Origin: an uncultured Clostridia bacterium
GTDB lineage: Bacteria > Bacillota > Clostridia > Christensenellales > UBA1242
Direction of reading: 5' to 3'
Length of the DNA: 64,000 nt
Assembly (NCBI GenBank): GCA_946491735.1
Contig: CAMLYK010000001.1
Span: 1,769 to 65,768, forward strand
Part shown: positions 46,888-57,422 of the stretch, piece by piece
How positions within the stretch are numbered: position 1 is the stretch's first letter
How the letters are laid out: every line of letters starts with the position of its first letter
Made by a program: the position numbers and the translations under genes
The notes under the pieces: model-generated
Told to the model about the DNA's origin: nothing
Database searches by the model: none
What the model saw: the letters and a program-made list of their open reading frames with translations, nothing else

Positions 46888-48707
46888 TATCCCTCCACAA
46901 CAGGTTTTTTAGATTTTGCACGAAGTTGATGGTCCAAAATCGCCTTTCTAATTCGAATAGACTTAGGAGTCACCTCCACCAATTCATCGTCCGCAATAAA
47001 TTCAAGTGCTGCTTCAAGTGTGATTTCTTGAATAGGAATGAGTTTCAATGCTTCATCACTCGAACTGCTTCGCGTATTGGTCAATTGCTTTTTCTTGCAC
47101 ACATTGACTACAATATCATCTCCCTTAGGATTGGCTCCAACCACTTGTCCCATATACACCATTTCACCTGGACGAATGAGCAATCTACCTCTACCTTGCG
47201 CATTGAAAAGTCCGTATGTCACAGCTTCACCCGTTTCGTATGAAATTAAAGAACCAAAATTTCTGCCCGCAATCTCACCCTTGTATGGCTCATAATCATA
47301 GAAAACTGATGACATAACTCCCTCACCACGAGTGTCTGTAAGCATTTGAGATTTGTAGCCAAACAGTCCACGACTTGGCACCAAAAACTGCAAACGCATT
47401 CTGCTACCAATAGGTGACATGTCGAGCAATTCGCCTCTCTTCACTCCCATTGATTGCATGACTGTACCGACCGAATCTTCTGGAACATCCAACACGACTT
47501 TATCTATAGGCTCACATCTGACGCCATCAATTGTCTTAAATAGTGCACGAGGTCGGCTCACTTGGAATTCGTACCCATCCCTACGCATGTTTTCAATCAA
47601 AATTGATAGATGCATCTCTCCACGTCCGCGCACTTTGAATTGATCAGCAGTGACGCCGTCTTCAACTTGCAAAGATAGGTCTTTCACCGCTTCTTTATAT
47701 AATCTATCCTTTAAATGCCTGCTTGTGACATATTTACCTTCTTTACCAGCAAATGGACTGTCGTTTACCATAAACGTCATCTCGACGCTTGGCTCACTGA
47801 TTTTTACAAACTCAATTGGCAACATGTCTGCCGTCTCACTGGCAGTATCTCCAATGGTTATATCAGGAATTCCCGCAATACAAATTATATCTCCAGCTGT
47901 TCCCTCTTCAATTGGATCACGTTTTAGTCCATTGAAACTAAAAATATTCACTACTTTACCAGCATAGTGCTTTGTTTCATCAAAATAATTGGTAATATAT
48001 ATAGTTTGGTTAAGTTTGATTTTTCCAGATTCAATCTTGCCAACTGCAAGTTTTCCAAGATAATCATTATGTTCAGTAGAGGATATCAGCATCTGAAAAG
48101 GTGCGTTTACATCCATATTTGGTGGATCAATGTGATTGATAATCGCTTCAAACAGCGGTTTCATATCCGTACCTGGTTTTCTGTAATCAGTGCTTGCAAC
48201 ACCATTGCGCGCCGAACAATAGATAATAGGGCTATCTAGTTGCTCATCATTTGCGTTCAAATCTAGCATGAGTTCTAAGACTTCATCCGCCACAACATCG
48301 AGGCGTGCGTCCGGTCGATCAATCTTATTGATTACAATGATAACTTTTAGATTTAATGCAAGTGCTTTTTCAAGGACGAATCTTGTCTGTGGCATAGGCC
48401 CTTCAAAAGCGTCCACTACAAGCAGTACCCCATCCACCATTTTGAGCACACGCTCCACCTCTCCGCCAAAGTCCGCGTGTCCAGGTGTGTCAACAATGTT
48501 AATTTTAGTACCATTATAATATGCGGAACAATTTTTTGACAAAATTGTTATACCTCTTTCTCTTTCTAATGCATTACTATCCATCACTCTGTCTTGAACT
48601 TCTTGATTTTCACGAAAAATACCACCTTGTTTAAGCAAGGCATTTACCAAACTAGTTTTGCCATGATCAACATGGGCTATAATTGCAATATTTCTTATAT
48701 CAGTCAT
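46887..48707 (-). CDS. typA: Translational GTPase TypA/BipA
   Basis: Start re-called to ATG 48707 (MTDIRNIAIIAHVDHGKTSLV). G-motifs DTPGHADF and NKIDR. Confidence 0.92.
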   Translation of the reverse strand: MTDIRNIAIIAHVDHGKTSLVNALLKQGGIFRENQEVQDRVMDSNALERERGITILSKNCSAYYNGTKINIVDTPGHADFGGEVERVLKMVDGVLLVVDAFEGPMPQTRFVLEKALALNLKVIIVINKIDRPDARLDVVADEVLELMLDLNANDEQLDSPIIYCSARNGVASTDYRKPGTDMKPLFEAIINHIDPPNMDVNAPFQMLISSTEHNDYLGKLAVGKIESGKIKLNQTIYITNYFDETKHYAGKVVNIFSFNGLKRDPIEEGTAGDIICIAGIPDITIGDTASETADMLPIEFVKISEPSVEMTFMVNDSPFAGKEGKYVTSRHLKDRLYKEAVKDLSLQVEDGVTADQFKVRGRGEMHLSILIENMRRDGYEFQVSRPRALFKTIDGVRCEPIDKVVLDVPEDSVGTVMQSMGVKRGELLDMSPIGSRMRLQFLVPSRGLFGYKSQMLTDTRGEGVMSSVFYDYEPYKGEIAGRNFGSLISYETGEAVTYGLFNAQGRGRLLIRPGEMVYMGQVVGANPKGDDIVVNVCKKKQLTNTRSSSSDEALKLIPIQEITLEAALEFIADDELVEVTPKSIRIRKAILDHQLRAKSKKPVVEG

Positions 48708-48894
48708 ATATCCCTCTTCAGTATTATTACTTAGTATAGATAATATAATAACATACAAACAAAAAAATTGCAATAAAAGATAAAACAATCCAGTTACAAA
48801 ATTTAAAAAACACCTTAAAAATAGTTGATTTTTTATTTTTTATTTGATAGCATTTTTATAAGTTGATAATTCAACGGATAAAAAGGAGAAAATT

Positions 48895-49179
48895 ATGAAT
48901 ACAATTAGTGCAGGGGAATTCATTAAACAAGTAGCTGAAGCAACAGGTTTTACTCAGACCCAAATCAAAACAATCATGAACACAGCTGGCGAAAAGATCA
49001 AAGAAAATCTTAAAGCTGGTAAAGAGATGCATTTCATTGGATATTTTAATATCGGCATCAAAGCAAAGAAAGCTGGCGTTAAACTCAATCCTTTCACTGG
49101 AGAGAAGGTTAAAGTTGCCGCTTGCAAAGTGCCAACAATCAAGCTTAGTGCTTCTTTCAAACAATTATTGAAAAAATAA
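48895..49179 (+). CDS. hup: HU-family DNA-binding protein
   Basis: 94 aa. HU/IHF fold with arm region GVKLNPFTGEKVKVAACKVP. AAAGGAG RBS. Confidence 0.85.
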   Translation: MNTISAGEFIKQVAEATGFTQTQIKTIMNTAGEKIKENLKAGKEMHFIGYFNIGIKAKKAGVKLNPFTGEKVKVAACKVPTIKLSASFKQLLKK

Positions 49180-49180
49180 T

Positions 49181-49212
49181 AAAAAGACGGTCATGCCGTC
49201 TTTTTATTTTTT
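49181..49212 (+). terminator. Rho-independent terminator of hup
   Basis: aaaaagacgg / ccgtcttttt stem with a 5-nt loop, followed by a T-run. Confidence 0.75.
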
Positions 49213-49495
49213 GATAATAGAATTACTTTTTCAAAATAAATAAATATCAAATGAATTGGATAATTCATAGTTTTTTTGTTTGAAAATATATTTTTGATAA
49301 TTTTAGTAGCAATACAAAATTAAATTTTAAATATTTTATTCTAATTAGAAACATGAATACAGATTTTTGAAATAATTAAAACTTTATTAATAATACAAAT
49401 TGGTAAATTTTTCAAAAAACAGTATAAAAAACAATATAAATATTTGTTAAAATTGAATTAATTTGATATAATAATATTAAATTTAGGGGGTAAAT

Positions 49496-50212
49496 ATGTG
49501 GACAACTATTGCAATGTGGGGCGGTGTGGCTGGATTGTTTGTATCAATTTTTGCTGTAATCATCTTGTATTTGACAAGAAAAAATATCTTAGACATTTTG
49601 GACAAAGATGTGATTTTGTTTGGTAGAAATTTTGAATTAAAAAAATCCGCCATTGAATCAGCTTTCAAATTGGTAGATGAAATACAAGAAAAAGGAGAGC
49701 AAATCACTCTATCAAATGACTTCATAGAACGAGCTAAAAAGTGTTATAATGAATTATTGTGTGTATTGAGTGATGTTAGAGTTGCTGACGAATTTTATAA
49801 TATCACAATAGATAATAACGAACCTATTAGCGAAACTCGCATAGCGAACTTCAAAATCCAATGCAGAAAAGATATCGGATTAAGTATAAAAAAAGCCAAT
49901 GCAGTTAAACGTATTACAAAACAAAAGGAAAACGGTACAGGAGCTAACGAAACAATACTTAGAGCCAATTCAATCAGTGGGAATAATAATAGACCAGTGT
50001 CTACAAATCCAATTCATCCAACAATGAATACTACCACTCCAATTCAGCAAGCAGCACCTACCCCAAGACCTGTCAATCAGCCAACCAACCCTATGACGAA
50101 TCCAAATACTCAAAATGTAACTTATCAAAACCTTCAATCACAGACAAATAGAAATCCCGCTCGTCCTACAAATCCAACTGTGCCACCAACTCAAAATAAC
50201 GGTCAAAAATAA
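49496..50212 (+). CDS. N-terminally TM-anchored protein with a Pro/Asn/Thr/Gln-rich C-terminal tail
   Basis: 238 aa. TM helix WGGVAGLFVSIFAVIILYL. Low-complexity tail NPIHPTMNTTTPIQQAAPTPRPVNQPTNPMTNPNTQ. GGGGG RBS. Confidence 0.55.
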   Translation: MWTTIAMWGGVAGLFVSIFAVIILYLTRKNILDILDKDVILFGRNFELKKSAIESAFKLVDEIQEKGEQITLSNDFIERAKKCYNELLCVLSDVRVADEFYNITIDNNEPISETRIANFKIQCRKDIGLSIKKANAVKRITKQKENGTGANETILRANSISGNNNRPVSTNPIHPTMNTTTPIQQAAPTPRPVNQPTNPMTNPNTQNVTYQNLQSQTNRNPARPTNPTVPPTQNNGQK

Positions 50213-50253
50213 TTGGACAATAAAAATAGCAATCATAATTTGATTGCTATTTT

Positions 50254-50805
50254 TTAATTCTTTTTTGTGACATAAATGACGCCTTCATCATTCAAATGTT
50301 GTTCAAGATTTTCTCTTAAACTTTCTATCCCTCCAGACAACTTGTCCTTTCTTACGATCACAAATTGTGTTTTATTGAATACTAAAACAAATCTTTCATC
50401 ATCTTCAAAGCATGCCGTCATGTTATTCAAATCTAAAACAACTTTGCTAGTCTCAACTTCTTCTTTGTAGAAAGAGACTTTGCAACAATCTTTGTCAATT
50501 TGAACGATACAGTAATTATTGGGAGCAATATTTTCATTGTACGTATTTATAGCAGTTCTCTTCCATGTTTTTGGAGCAGTAAGACAATACACTCCAATAC
50601 CTATTGCAATCAACATCAAAATAATATCAAAAGCGAAATTTTCACCTAAAATTATGTTGATCACCATAGATATTATTGCAAGTATCAAACCAAGAATTAA
50701 TAATGACATTACGACAATGGTTAATTTTTTATTTTTTTTCTTGGATGTATAAATTGTCCCTGCAATATTATCTTCTAAACTAAAATAAAATTTTGATTCG
50801 AACAT
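50254..50805 (-). CDS. YcxB-like membrane protein (paralog B)
   Basis: 183 aa. Two TM helices and a C-terminal domain ending FVLVFNKTQFVIVRKDKLSGG. Paralog of the adjacent gene. Confidence 0.5.
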   Translation of the reverse strand: MFESKFYFSLEDNIAGTIYTSKKKNKKLTIVVMSLLILGLILAIISMVINIILGENFAFDIILMLIAIGIGVYCLTAPKTWKRTAINTYNENIAPNNYCIVQIDKDCCKVSFYKEEVETSKVVLDLNNMTACFEDDERFVLVFNKTQFVIVRKDKLSGGIESLRENLEQHLNDEGVIYVTKKN

Positions 50806-50811
50806 CTTTAC

Positions 50812-51354
50812 CTACTTTTTACCATTAATATTTTTGCTCATACATTTTTCTAAATGTGCTTTTAGTTTATCCAATCCTCCTGTCAATTTATCCTTTCGGA
50901 TGCACACGAACTCAACTTTATTGAACACTAATACAAGCCTAGTACTGTCCTCCAAAAAACTTGTAAGTGATTTTAATGAGTGAACATTTTTTGCCTGCTC
51001 GACTTCATCTTTAAACATAGTTTCAGTACAAAGTGTGTTGTCTATCACAATTTTTAAATAGTCCATTTCTCCAAGCTTTTGTTGTTCGTAGGATTTTTTT
51101 TGAGAGCGCACCAAAGTGGTGGGAATAATCAAATAAACTATTTCCAACACCACTAAGGCCACCAATAAAATTATATCCAGAACATACGAATTATCCATCA
51201 CTATATCCACTATGAGCATGGCAACCATTGCCACCATCAAAATAGGAATCAAAACAGCGATGACTTTATCCTGCTTCCTCTTTTGTGACTTGTACACATA
51301 TTTTGCACAAACCAAACTATCTTCTAGTTCATATTTATACTTGCATTCAAACAT
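50812..51354 (-). CDS. YcxB-like membrane protein (paralog A)
   Basis: 180 aa. Same layout as paralog B, with LVLVFNKVEFVCIRKDKLTGG. Confidence 0.5.
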   Translation of the reverse strand: MFECKYKYELEDSLVCAKYVYKSQKRKQDKVIAVLIPILMVAMVAMLIVDIVMDNSYVLDIILLVALVVLEIVYLIIPTTLVRSQKKSYEQQKLGEMDYLKIVIDNTLCTETMFKDEVEQAKNVHSLKSLTSFLEDSTRLVLVFNKVEFVCIRKDKLTGGLDKLKAHLEKCMSKNINGKK

Positions 51355-51362
51355 CTTATCTC

Positions 51363-54300
51363 CTAAATCGTATCATTTACGCTATAACGTTCTTTTTTCT
51401 TCTTCCTTATCACTAAGAATATAATTATGATTATTGCGATCAGCAAAACTGCTCCAATCACAATCAGTATGATCTGCCACAACTCTAAAAGCAATCTTTG
51501 TTCAGTGATAATAATTGTATTTACATTTGCACCAATTTGCCTCAAATCAATACTAATATTATCTCCCTGTACCTCATAATTTAGTTCTCCCGTTTGATCC
51601 CCTGTCAGCCAAATTGCACCAGTGAGCCTATCTTCATTAGGTACAGTTAAATATAAATTGCTGTCCACATTTCTACTTACACCATTTACTTCAAATCTGA
51701 GCACATATCCTATCGTGAACACATTGTTGTTTGATAAATATCTGACAATTCTATCATAGATATTGACATATTCATTCGTGTCACTTTGAATTATATCAAC
51801 TCTCAAATTTGCACCAATTGGTATAAGGTTTGCTAGATCAGGTTGCGTTAGGCCACGTCTATTTGTAATTGTAATATCGCCAACTCCTTCCACATGCGTT
51901 GTCACACTATATGGATAAATACTAGCTGAAATTGTAGAAGTATTGATTACATAGTTTTGTGCATCCGCACCAATCAAAGCTCTCGATGAGTCTACCGTCA
52001 CTTGTTTTTGTGCCCCAATTTCAGGATCTGAGAAAGTCAAATTCAAACTATCCACAACTAAATTGACATCATCTTCAATCAAAGCTCCCTGCAATCTAAT
52101 ATTTGCATCCTGCCTAATGGTCACGTCCACTGTACCATCGTAGACTTTATCATTGACAGCCACTCCTTGAATAGTAAGTTGACGTCTCATGATTCTCATA
52201 CAATTATAGAATGTGACGCTACTGTTATTCAAAACAAAATTGTTGTTGAAACTGCTATACGCCAAATTGATATTAGACAATGTAATGTTGTAATAGGTGT
52301 TCTCATTCGCTGTGGCGATAGGTGTTTCAATCGAATTTATTGTGCTGGTAATAGATGCAACATAATTTTGTGTAAGGCTGAAATCTCCATCAATATAATC
52401 TATACTGATCACCCCGTCACCAAATACCAAATATTGGAGCAATCTTGAAGCATCATAATTCGAACTGCCATCATATGTTTTAGAGAAAGTTTCATCCATT
52501 TGATATGAAACAGTAATAGGTTTGGCAGTAATCACAAAACTAATTTCATATTCTAGATCAATACTGCTCAGCCATGCCAAATCTCCGGTATCATTGAATT
52601 GCAATCTGACCTCATATGTACCAACATTCGTAGGATTAGTAATCATTCCATTGATATCATAATAAGCCACATTATAACCTTCTCCTCCATCTACTAGAAG
52701 ATAATTTAGAATAAATGCTGCCATCTGAATGTTATACTCGCTGGTATCCCCAATGGTCAAATATTGTGCAATTCCATTTCCTGAACTGTCACATATAAAT
52801 TCTGACCTGAACACCCACGTGTTGTTTACTAATTCAGCCCCGTTATAAATTATTACCGGTTGAACTTGCAACTCAAAAATCAAATTATCAATGAACCTAA
52901 TGTCAATGCTTTGAATATAGTTATCTGAATTTCGTACGACAGATATGCCATATCTATCATAATCTGCACGAGTCGCAGTTTGCGAATCAACTAACAATTC
53001 TCCTAACTGATTATAAATTTTGAATTCTGCAATATAGAATAAAGTTGAATAATCCACGTTGTCAACTGTATAGAAATTGTAACCAATACGTGTTTTACCC
53101 AAAAATTGTAGAGTGTTATTTAATGATGGTTGACCACCTGAAGAATAAATTTGTGCATCAAAACCAAATTCTGTGTTGTCATACCACATTTCGAATCGAG
53201 TTCTATTATTGAATCTATAGAAAGTTGGATCGTCAATGTTGGTTGTCAAAGTGATCTGTTTTTCTCCCACCAAATATCTATAATAAATCGTCAATTCGCC
53301 ATTGTCCGGAATGCTTGAAATGATGTCACTTATATTGAAACTAAATTTGTATTGTCCATCCTGTTGCAAAACCTCAAATGTATACAACCTATTCAACATA
53401 TAAATTTCTGCAAGATATACACCGTCACTAAGGTCATATGTTTCACTAGTCTGAGTTTGCGAACTGATAAATGTAATAGTATTAAGTGAAATATAAATAT
53501 CAATACTATCCAAATAATTTACAGTTTCACCTTCTGTCAACTCATGTTCTTCACCATTGGTTGTCACAATAATCTGATAAGTACTATACTGATCTGGAGT
53601 AATATTAATATCTCCTCGAACCAATGTGACATTTGAATAATTTGAGCTATCATTAATCAAAGATATTTCAAGATAATCATATTCAATATAGAATGAGATG
53701 ACTCCGCCTACCAAATAATAATTGCTAACATTGAACATTGGATCTTCATAAATTGTACTCTCATTATAATCAACTTGCGTCAATATATACTCATAATAAG
53801 TGATTGCCGGATTATATTCATTCGAAGTGTTCAAGGTGTATCCGTTGATATTTGAGTAGGTATATAGATTCATATAATTTGAATTCCAACTTTCTTCAGA
53901 ATAAACATATGTCTGATATGTGTAAACATAGTAGTACATATTCTCAAATCTGAATCCATTATCTTTTATGGCATTCATTTGAATTTTCAAATTATCAAAC
54001 AATGAGATTTGATCTGCAACGACATTGTTTACCATAACTGTAGGATTGCCTCTGTTCGCATCATCGACAATCACGTTTATTGTATATGAATCATAACTCA
54101 ACTTATATTTAAAATATTCATTATGAACTATACCTGGAATTGTGAGTGAAGTATTGCTATGCGTATACTCTGGTATTTCGTTTACATCATTCGTCCAACC
54201 ATAAGCAGAAAGTCCACTCTGAATTGATCCCGTGACTGAGATGACGACATTGCTATTGTACGGAATATTTTCAAACACTATTTCATTATTTTCTATGACT

Positions 54301-57300
54301 CCAGTGAATGTTTGAGGAAGTCCCTGATATGTGTATTGAATTGTCATTTCAGGGAATTGCACATAGTTGTCATAATTATTGTTTTTAGGGTTGGTCAATT
54401 CAAACTCAATGTTGATAGAATATGTATGAATTTGATATTGAACAATGAAATTTATCGTCGTATAATTATTGTAATCAACTCCATAATTTGTAATCAAATT
54501 GCTGAGTTCATCAATTTCAAATTCATAGTTAAATACGCTATCTTGATAGTCATTTGATTGATTCATTGATGTATAATCGTTACTTGTAGAATACACATAT
54601 GCTCGAGCAACATAATAACCAACAGGCATGTCAAAAGTTAAACTTCTATCTTCTACAGTAATCACTTTGTAATTATTATCTTCAAATGTTACATATTCTC
54701 CATTATATCCGACTCCACCACCAGACTGAAGCACTGCGACATGATATTCAATTTCTTCAAAGTTTATAGTCAAATATTGGATATTTGAACTGGTAACCGT
54801 ATATGAAAAAGTCAATTCATTAGATTGGAATATAAAATCTTGTCCTTCCGAAGTAAATGTGTATCCTACCAATCTATACCCAAAAGCAATAATGTCACTA
54901 GCTTGTTCTGAATTTGGATTCAAGACAACTTGAATATTTTGACCAGCCTCAACGATGACACTATTATCATTTTTCTCTAATGGTGAACCATTTTGATAGA
55001 TCACTAAATTGTCTAGGTCATAAGCATTTGCTCTGTCTGTAGAAATTTGTAATCTAGCACTAGGCATGGTATACACTACTTTTATACTGATATCTCGTGA
55101 AATGGTTTCAACGTGTGTGTAGGTATCATTTGAACTACTGTATGTATAGCTCAAATTTGTCCTATCATTTTCAGTAAATCTGACGAACATATACGTATAC
55201 TCTTGTTGCGGCTCTTGACTTGTCATAGTCTTACCCTTTGCATTGAGAGTTACGACTTCGTATAATTTTAAATCAGAAATGACGATTTCATATGAATCAG
55301 CATCTTCATTGATTGTTACATTTTGGCTATTTGTCACATATGTCAAATCTGCCATTATAGTTTGTGCATCCAAATATGAATCCGTGCTTGCTTCAATATA
55401 ATATGTCAAAGTGTAAGTGATATAATCTTCATAAACATAGATTTCTATTTCATCATTTAAATTAGCATATTGACTAATCAAATCTGATGTCAGAACAAAA
55501 CTGATTGAATTTGTATTAGTAGATGTAATGTAATCTCCAACTTCATCAAATTTATATCCCAACAATCTAAAACCGTTGATGACTTCACTGCTTAACGTTA
55601 TGCTATCTCCAATGTTAGCGGTAATATCAAATGATATATTTTTTTCTACATTGTTTCTCAAATCTTCTGCTAGCAATGTACTAGACTCAAAACTTGTCCC
55701 TCTTGACACCGTCAAATCAGATCTTGAAATTGGATAATAATCAGTTCTTCCATCATTTAAATTTATGCTATCAAAATTCACCAAATTTATAGAATAATCA
55801 ACATATGTAAATAGCATCAAAATGGTCAAATTTTCTGGCTTATTATAATCAATTTGAACATCTATTGAAGTGTTCTCTTGAATTTGAAATTCGCTGAACG
55901 CAAATCCATAGAATGCATAACCAATATTATCTGAAATTGCAGTTTTATCAATTGTTACATTGTCACCTCTAGTAAGGGATATTGTTTGTTCCAAGTTGAA
56001 ATTACCTTCTGGATTGCTCAAACTGCCTGTAGTTCTATTGTATAATCTAAACTCAAAATTTACATAATAATTTATTGAATTGTAATTGATGCGAATTGTA
56101 AAATTATTATCAACATTCGGATACGACATAGAAGAAATTTGCGCATTATCTATTGTGTTGAACTGATAATAATCGTAACGCTTGGCATCTACCACACTGC
56201 TGATCAATGGGGCACACACGATTCTAAAAGAATTACCATTATTATCATTTGAATTTTTTATAAAATACGCACCAGTTGATATCTGTGAATAATAGAAAGT
56301 CGCTGTTGTCACACTCAATACACTATTGATTCCCTCTTCTTGAGCCAACTCGTTATCTAAATATGCTTCAATTCTTGCGACATAGAGATTATGATATTCC
56401 ACGTCTAAAGTCAGGACTTGATTCAATGAATTTGTAATAGTAAAATCAAAATCAATTTGAGTAGTGCGAAGATATTCGTCTTGCGAAATTGAATATGCTT
56501 CACTCTCCGCATCCAAAGTCAAATCCAAAACGGAAGAATCAGTTGATACTGTCGCTCCTATGACATCAATATTCACGCTATTGTCAAGATCTAAATCATC
56601 TATATCAATCTCAAAAGATGTGACTATATTGTCTGACAACCTATATGCTCCTAAAGAATAGTCTATCTTTTGACTAATTCCACTGCCGTCCATTAATGCA
56701 TTTAAGGTATAATACGAACCATTTTCAAGATACAAATCTCCATAGTAGAATATATCGCTTTCGTCAGCTGAATTAAAACTGATCAAAGCATCCGAGTACG
56801 TTGTTATGCTGCCTTCTTCAACTTTTGAATTATAGTAAATTGTATTGTCCGTTCCTGCGATCTGTTCGGAAGAATATGCATTGATTGTGGTCAAATTGAA
56901 AAGTGCACTCACATCAACATTATAGTAGATATAATCATACACAGCTACAACTTGAAGATTTTCAGAAACTTTAGAAATATTGAATGTACCATTATCATAA
57001 TAGCCGTCATTATCAGTATCCCTATATTCTAAAATGACATCTACAGCATTTTCTAGCTCTCCAAGTTGAATTGTTTTGCTACCAACACCAGATCCGTCCA
57101 CGGATAGATCTTCACTGTCAACATATGTAACATTTTCTGGATTATCTGTATAAACAATTTGCCAACCATCCAAAAAATATCCTTCATTTGCATTTGTAGT
57201 GAGAATGATATTTTCCTCACCCAAACTAAACCTACCATAACCACTGGTCGTACCGGCTACAACGTCAGATTCATAAGGCACTCCCTCATTGATGAGCCAA

Positions 57301-57419
57301 TAACTGTCCACTTGATCATCGGGTTCGTACGCATAAACATTACCCACAGACCACATGACCAAAAGTGAGCTAACCAATAATGTTATAATTGAAAATAGAT
57401 TTATAACTTTTTTCTTCAT
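51363..57419 (-). CDS. Giant surface protein with InlB-B/Listeria-Bacteroides-type repeats and C-terminal MBG/YDG-type domains; signal peptide and C-terminal TM anchor
   Basis: 2018 aa. Signal MKKKVINLFSIITLLVSSLLVMWSVGNVYA. Recurrent GYxFxGW-like motifs (EGYFLDGWQIVY, GFRLLGYKF, GYRLVGYTF). KTYDGSSNYDA and KVYDGTVDV modules near the C-terminus. TM anchor LWQIILIVIGAVLLIAIIIIIFLVIRKKKK. No LPXTG. Confidence 0.75.
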   Translation of the reverse strand: MKKKVINLFSIITLLVSSLLVMWSVGNVYAYEPDDQVDSYWLINEGVPYESDVVAGTTSGYGRFSLGEENIILTTNANEGYFLDGWQIVYTDNPENVTYVDSEDLSVDGSGVGSKTIQLGELENAVDVILEYRDTDNDGYYDNGTFNISKVSENLQVVAVYDYIYYNVDVSALFNLTTINAYSSEQIAGTDNTIYYNSKVEEGSITTYSDALISFNSADESDIFYYGDLYLENGSYYTLNALMDGSGISQKIDYSLGAYRLSDNIVTSFEIDIDDLDLDNSVNIDVIGATVSTDSSVLDLTLDAESEAYSISQDEYLRTTQIDFDFTITNSLNQVLTLDVEYHNLYVARIEAYLDNELAQEEGINSVLSVTTATFYYSQISTGAYFIKNSNDNNGNSFRIVCAPLISSVVDAKRYDYYQFNTIDNAQISSMSYPNVDNNFTIRINYNSINYYVNFEFRLYNRTTGSLSNPEGNFNLEQTISLTRGDNVTIDKTAISDNIGYAFYGFAFSEFQIQENTSIDVQIDYNKPENLTILMLFTYVDYSINLVNFDSINLNDGRTDYYPISRSDLTVSRGTSFESSTLLAEDLRNNVEKNISFDITANIGDSITLSSEVINGFRLLGYKFDEVGDYITSTNTNSISFVLTSDLISQYANLNDEIEIYVYEDYITYTLTYYIEASTDSYLDAQTIMADLTYVTNSQNVTINEDADSYEIVISDLKLYEVVTLNAKGKTMTSQEPQQEYTYMFVRFTENDRTNLSYTYSSSNDTYTHVETISRDISIKVVYTMPSARLQISTDRANAYDLDNLVIYQNGSPLEKNDNSVIVEAGQNIQVVLNPNSEQASDIIAFGYRLVGYTFTSEGQDFIFQSNELTFSYTVTSSNIQYLTINFEEIEYHVAVLQSGGGVGYNGEYVTFEDNNYKVITVEDRSLTFDMPVGYYVARAYVYSTSNDYTSMNQSNDYQDSVFNYEFEIDELSNLITNYGVDYNNYTTINFIVQYQIHTYSINIEFELTNPKNNNYDNYVQFPEMTIQYTYQGLPQTFTGVIENNEIVFENIPYNSNVVISVTGSIQSGLSAYGWTNDVNEIPEYTHSNTSLTIPGIVHNEYFKYKLSYDSYTINVIVDDANRGNPTVMVNNVVADQISLFDNLKIQMNAIKDNGFRFENMYYYVYTYQTYVYSEESWNSNYMNLYTYSNINGYTLNTSNEYNPAITYYEYILTQVDYNESTIYEDPMFNVSNYYLVGGVISFYIEYDYLEISLINDSSNYSNVTLVRGDINITPDQYSTYQIIVTTNGEEHELTEGETVNYLDSIDIYISLNTITFISSQTQTSETYDLSDGVYLAEIYMLNRLYTFEVLQQDGQYKFSFNISDIISSIPDNGELTIYYRYLVGEKQITLTTNIDDPTFYRFNNRTRFEMWYDNTEFGFDAQIYSSGGQPSLNNTLQFLGKTRIGYNFYTVDNVDYSTLFYIAEFKIYNQLGELLVDSQTATRADYDRYGISVVRNSDNYIQSIDIRFIDNLIFELQVQPVIIYNGAELVNNTWVFRSEFICDSSGNGIAQYLTIGDTSEYNIQMAAFILNYLLVDGGEGYNVAYYDINGMITNPTNVGTYEVRLQFNDTGDLAWLSSIDLEYEISFVITAKPITVSYQMDETFSKTYDGSSNYDASRLLQYLVFGDGVISIDYIDGDFSLTQNYVASITSTINSIETPIATANENTYYNITLSNINLAYSSFNNNFVLNNSSVTFYNCMRIMRRQLTIQGVAVNDKVYDGTVDVTIRQDANIRLQGALIEDDVNLVVDSLNLTFSDPEIGAQKQVTVDSSRALIGADAQNYVINTSTISASIYPYSVTTHVEGVGDITITNRRGLTQPDLANLIPIGANLRVDIIQSDTNEYVNIYDRIVRYLSNNNVFTIGYVLRFEVNGVSRNVDSNLYLTVPNEDRLTGAIWLTGDQTGELNYEVQGDNISIDLRQIGANVNTIIITEQRLLLELWQIILIVIGAVLLIAIIIIIFLVIRKKKKERYSVNDTI

Positions 57420-57422
57420 TCT

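Noticed and set aside
48708-48788. N-terminal extensions in the ORF track for typA, and likewise for trxB (58320..58364), pgsA (62302..62346), the XRE gene (62631..62711), HtrA (21816..21866) and 40976..41608
   Set aside because: The extensions are hydrophobic or low-complexity and lack an RBS. Internal ATGs give canonical family N-termini, in most cases behind a good RBS.
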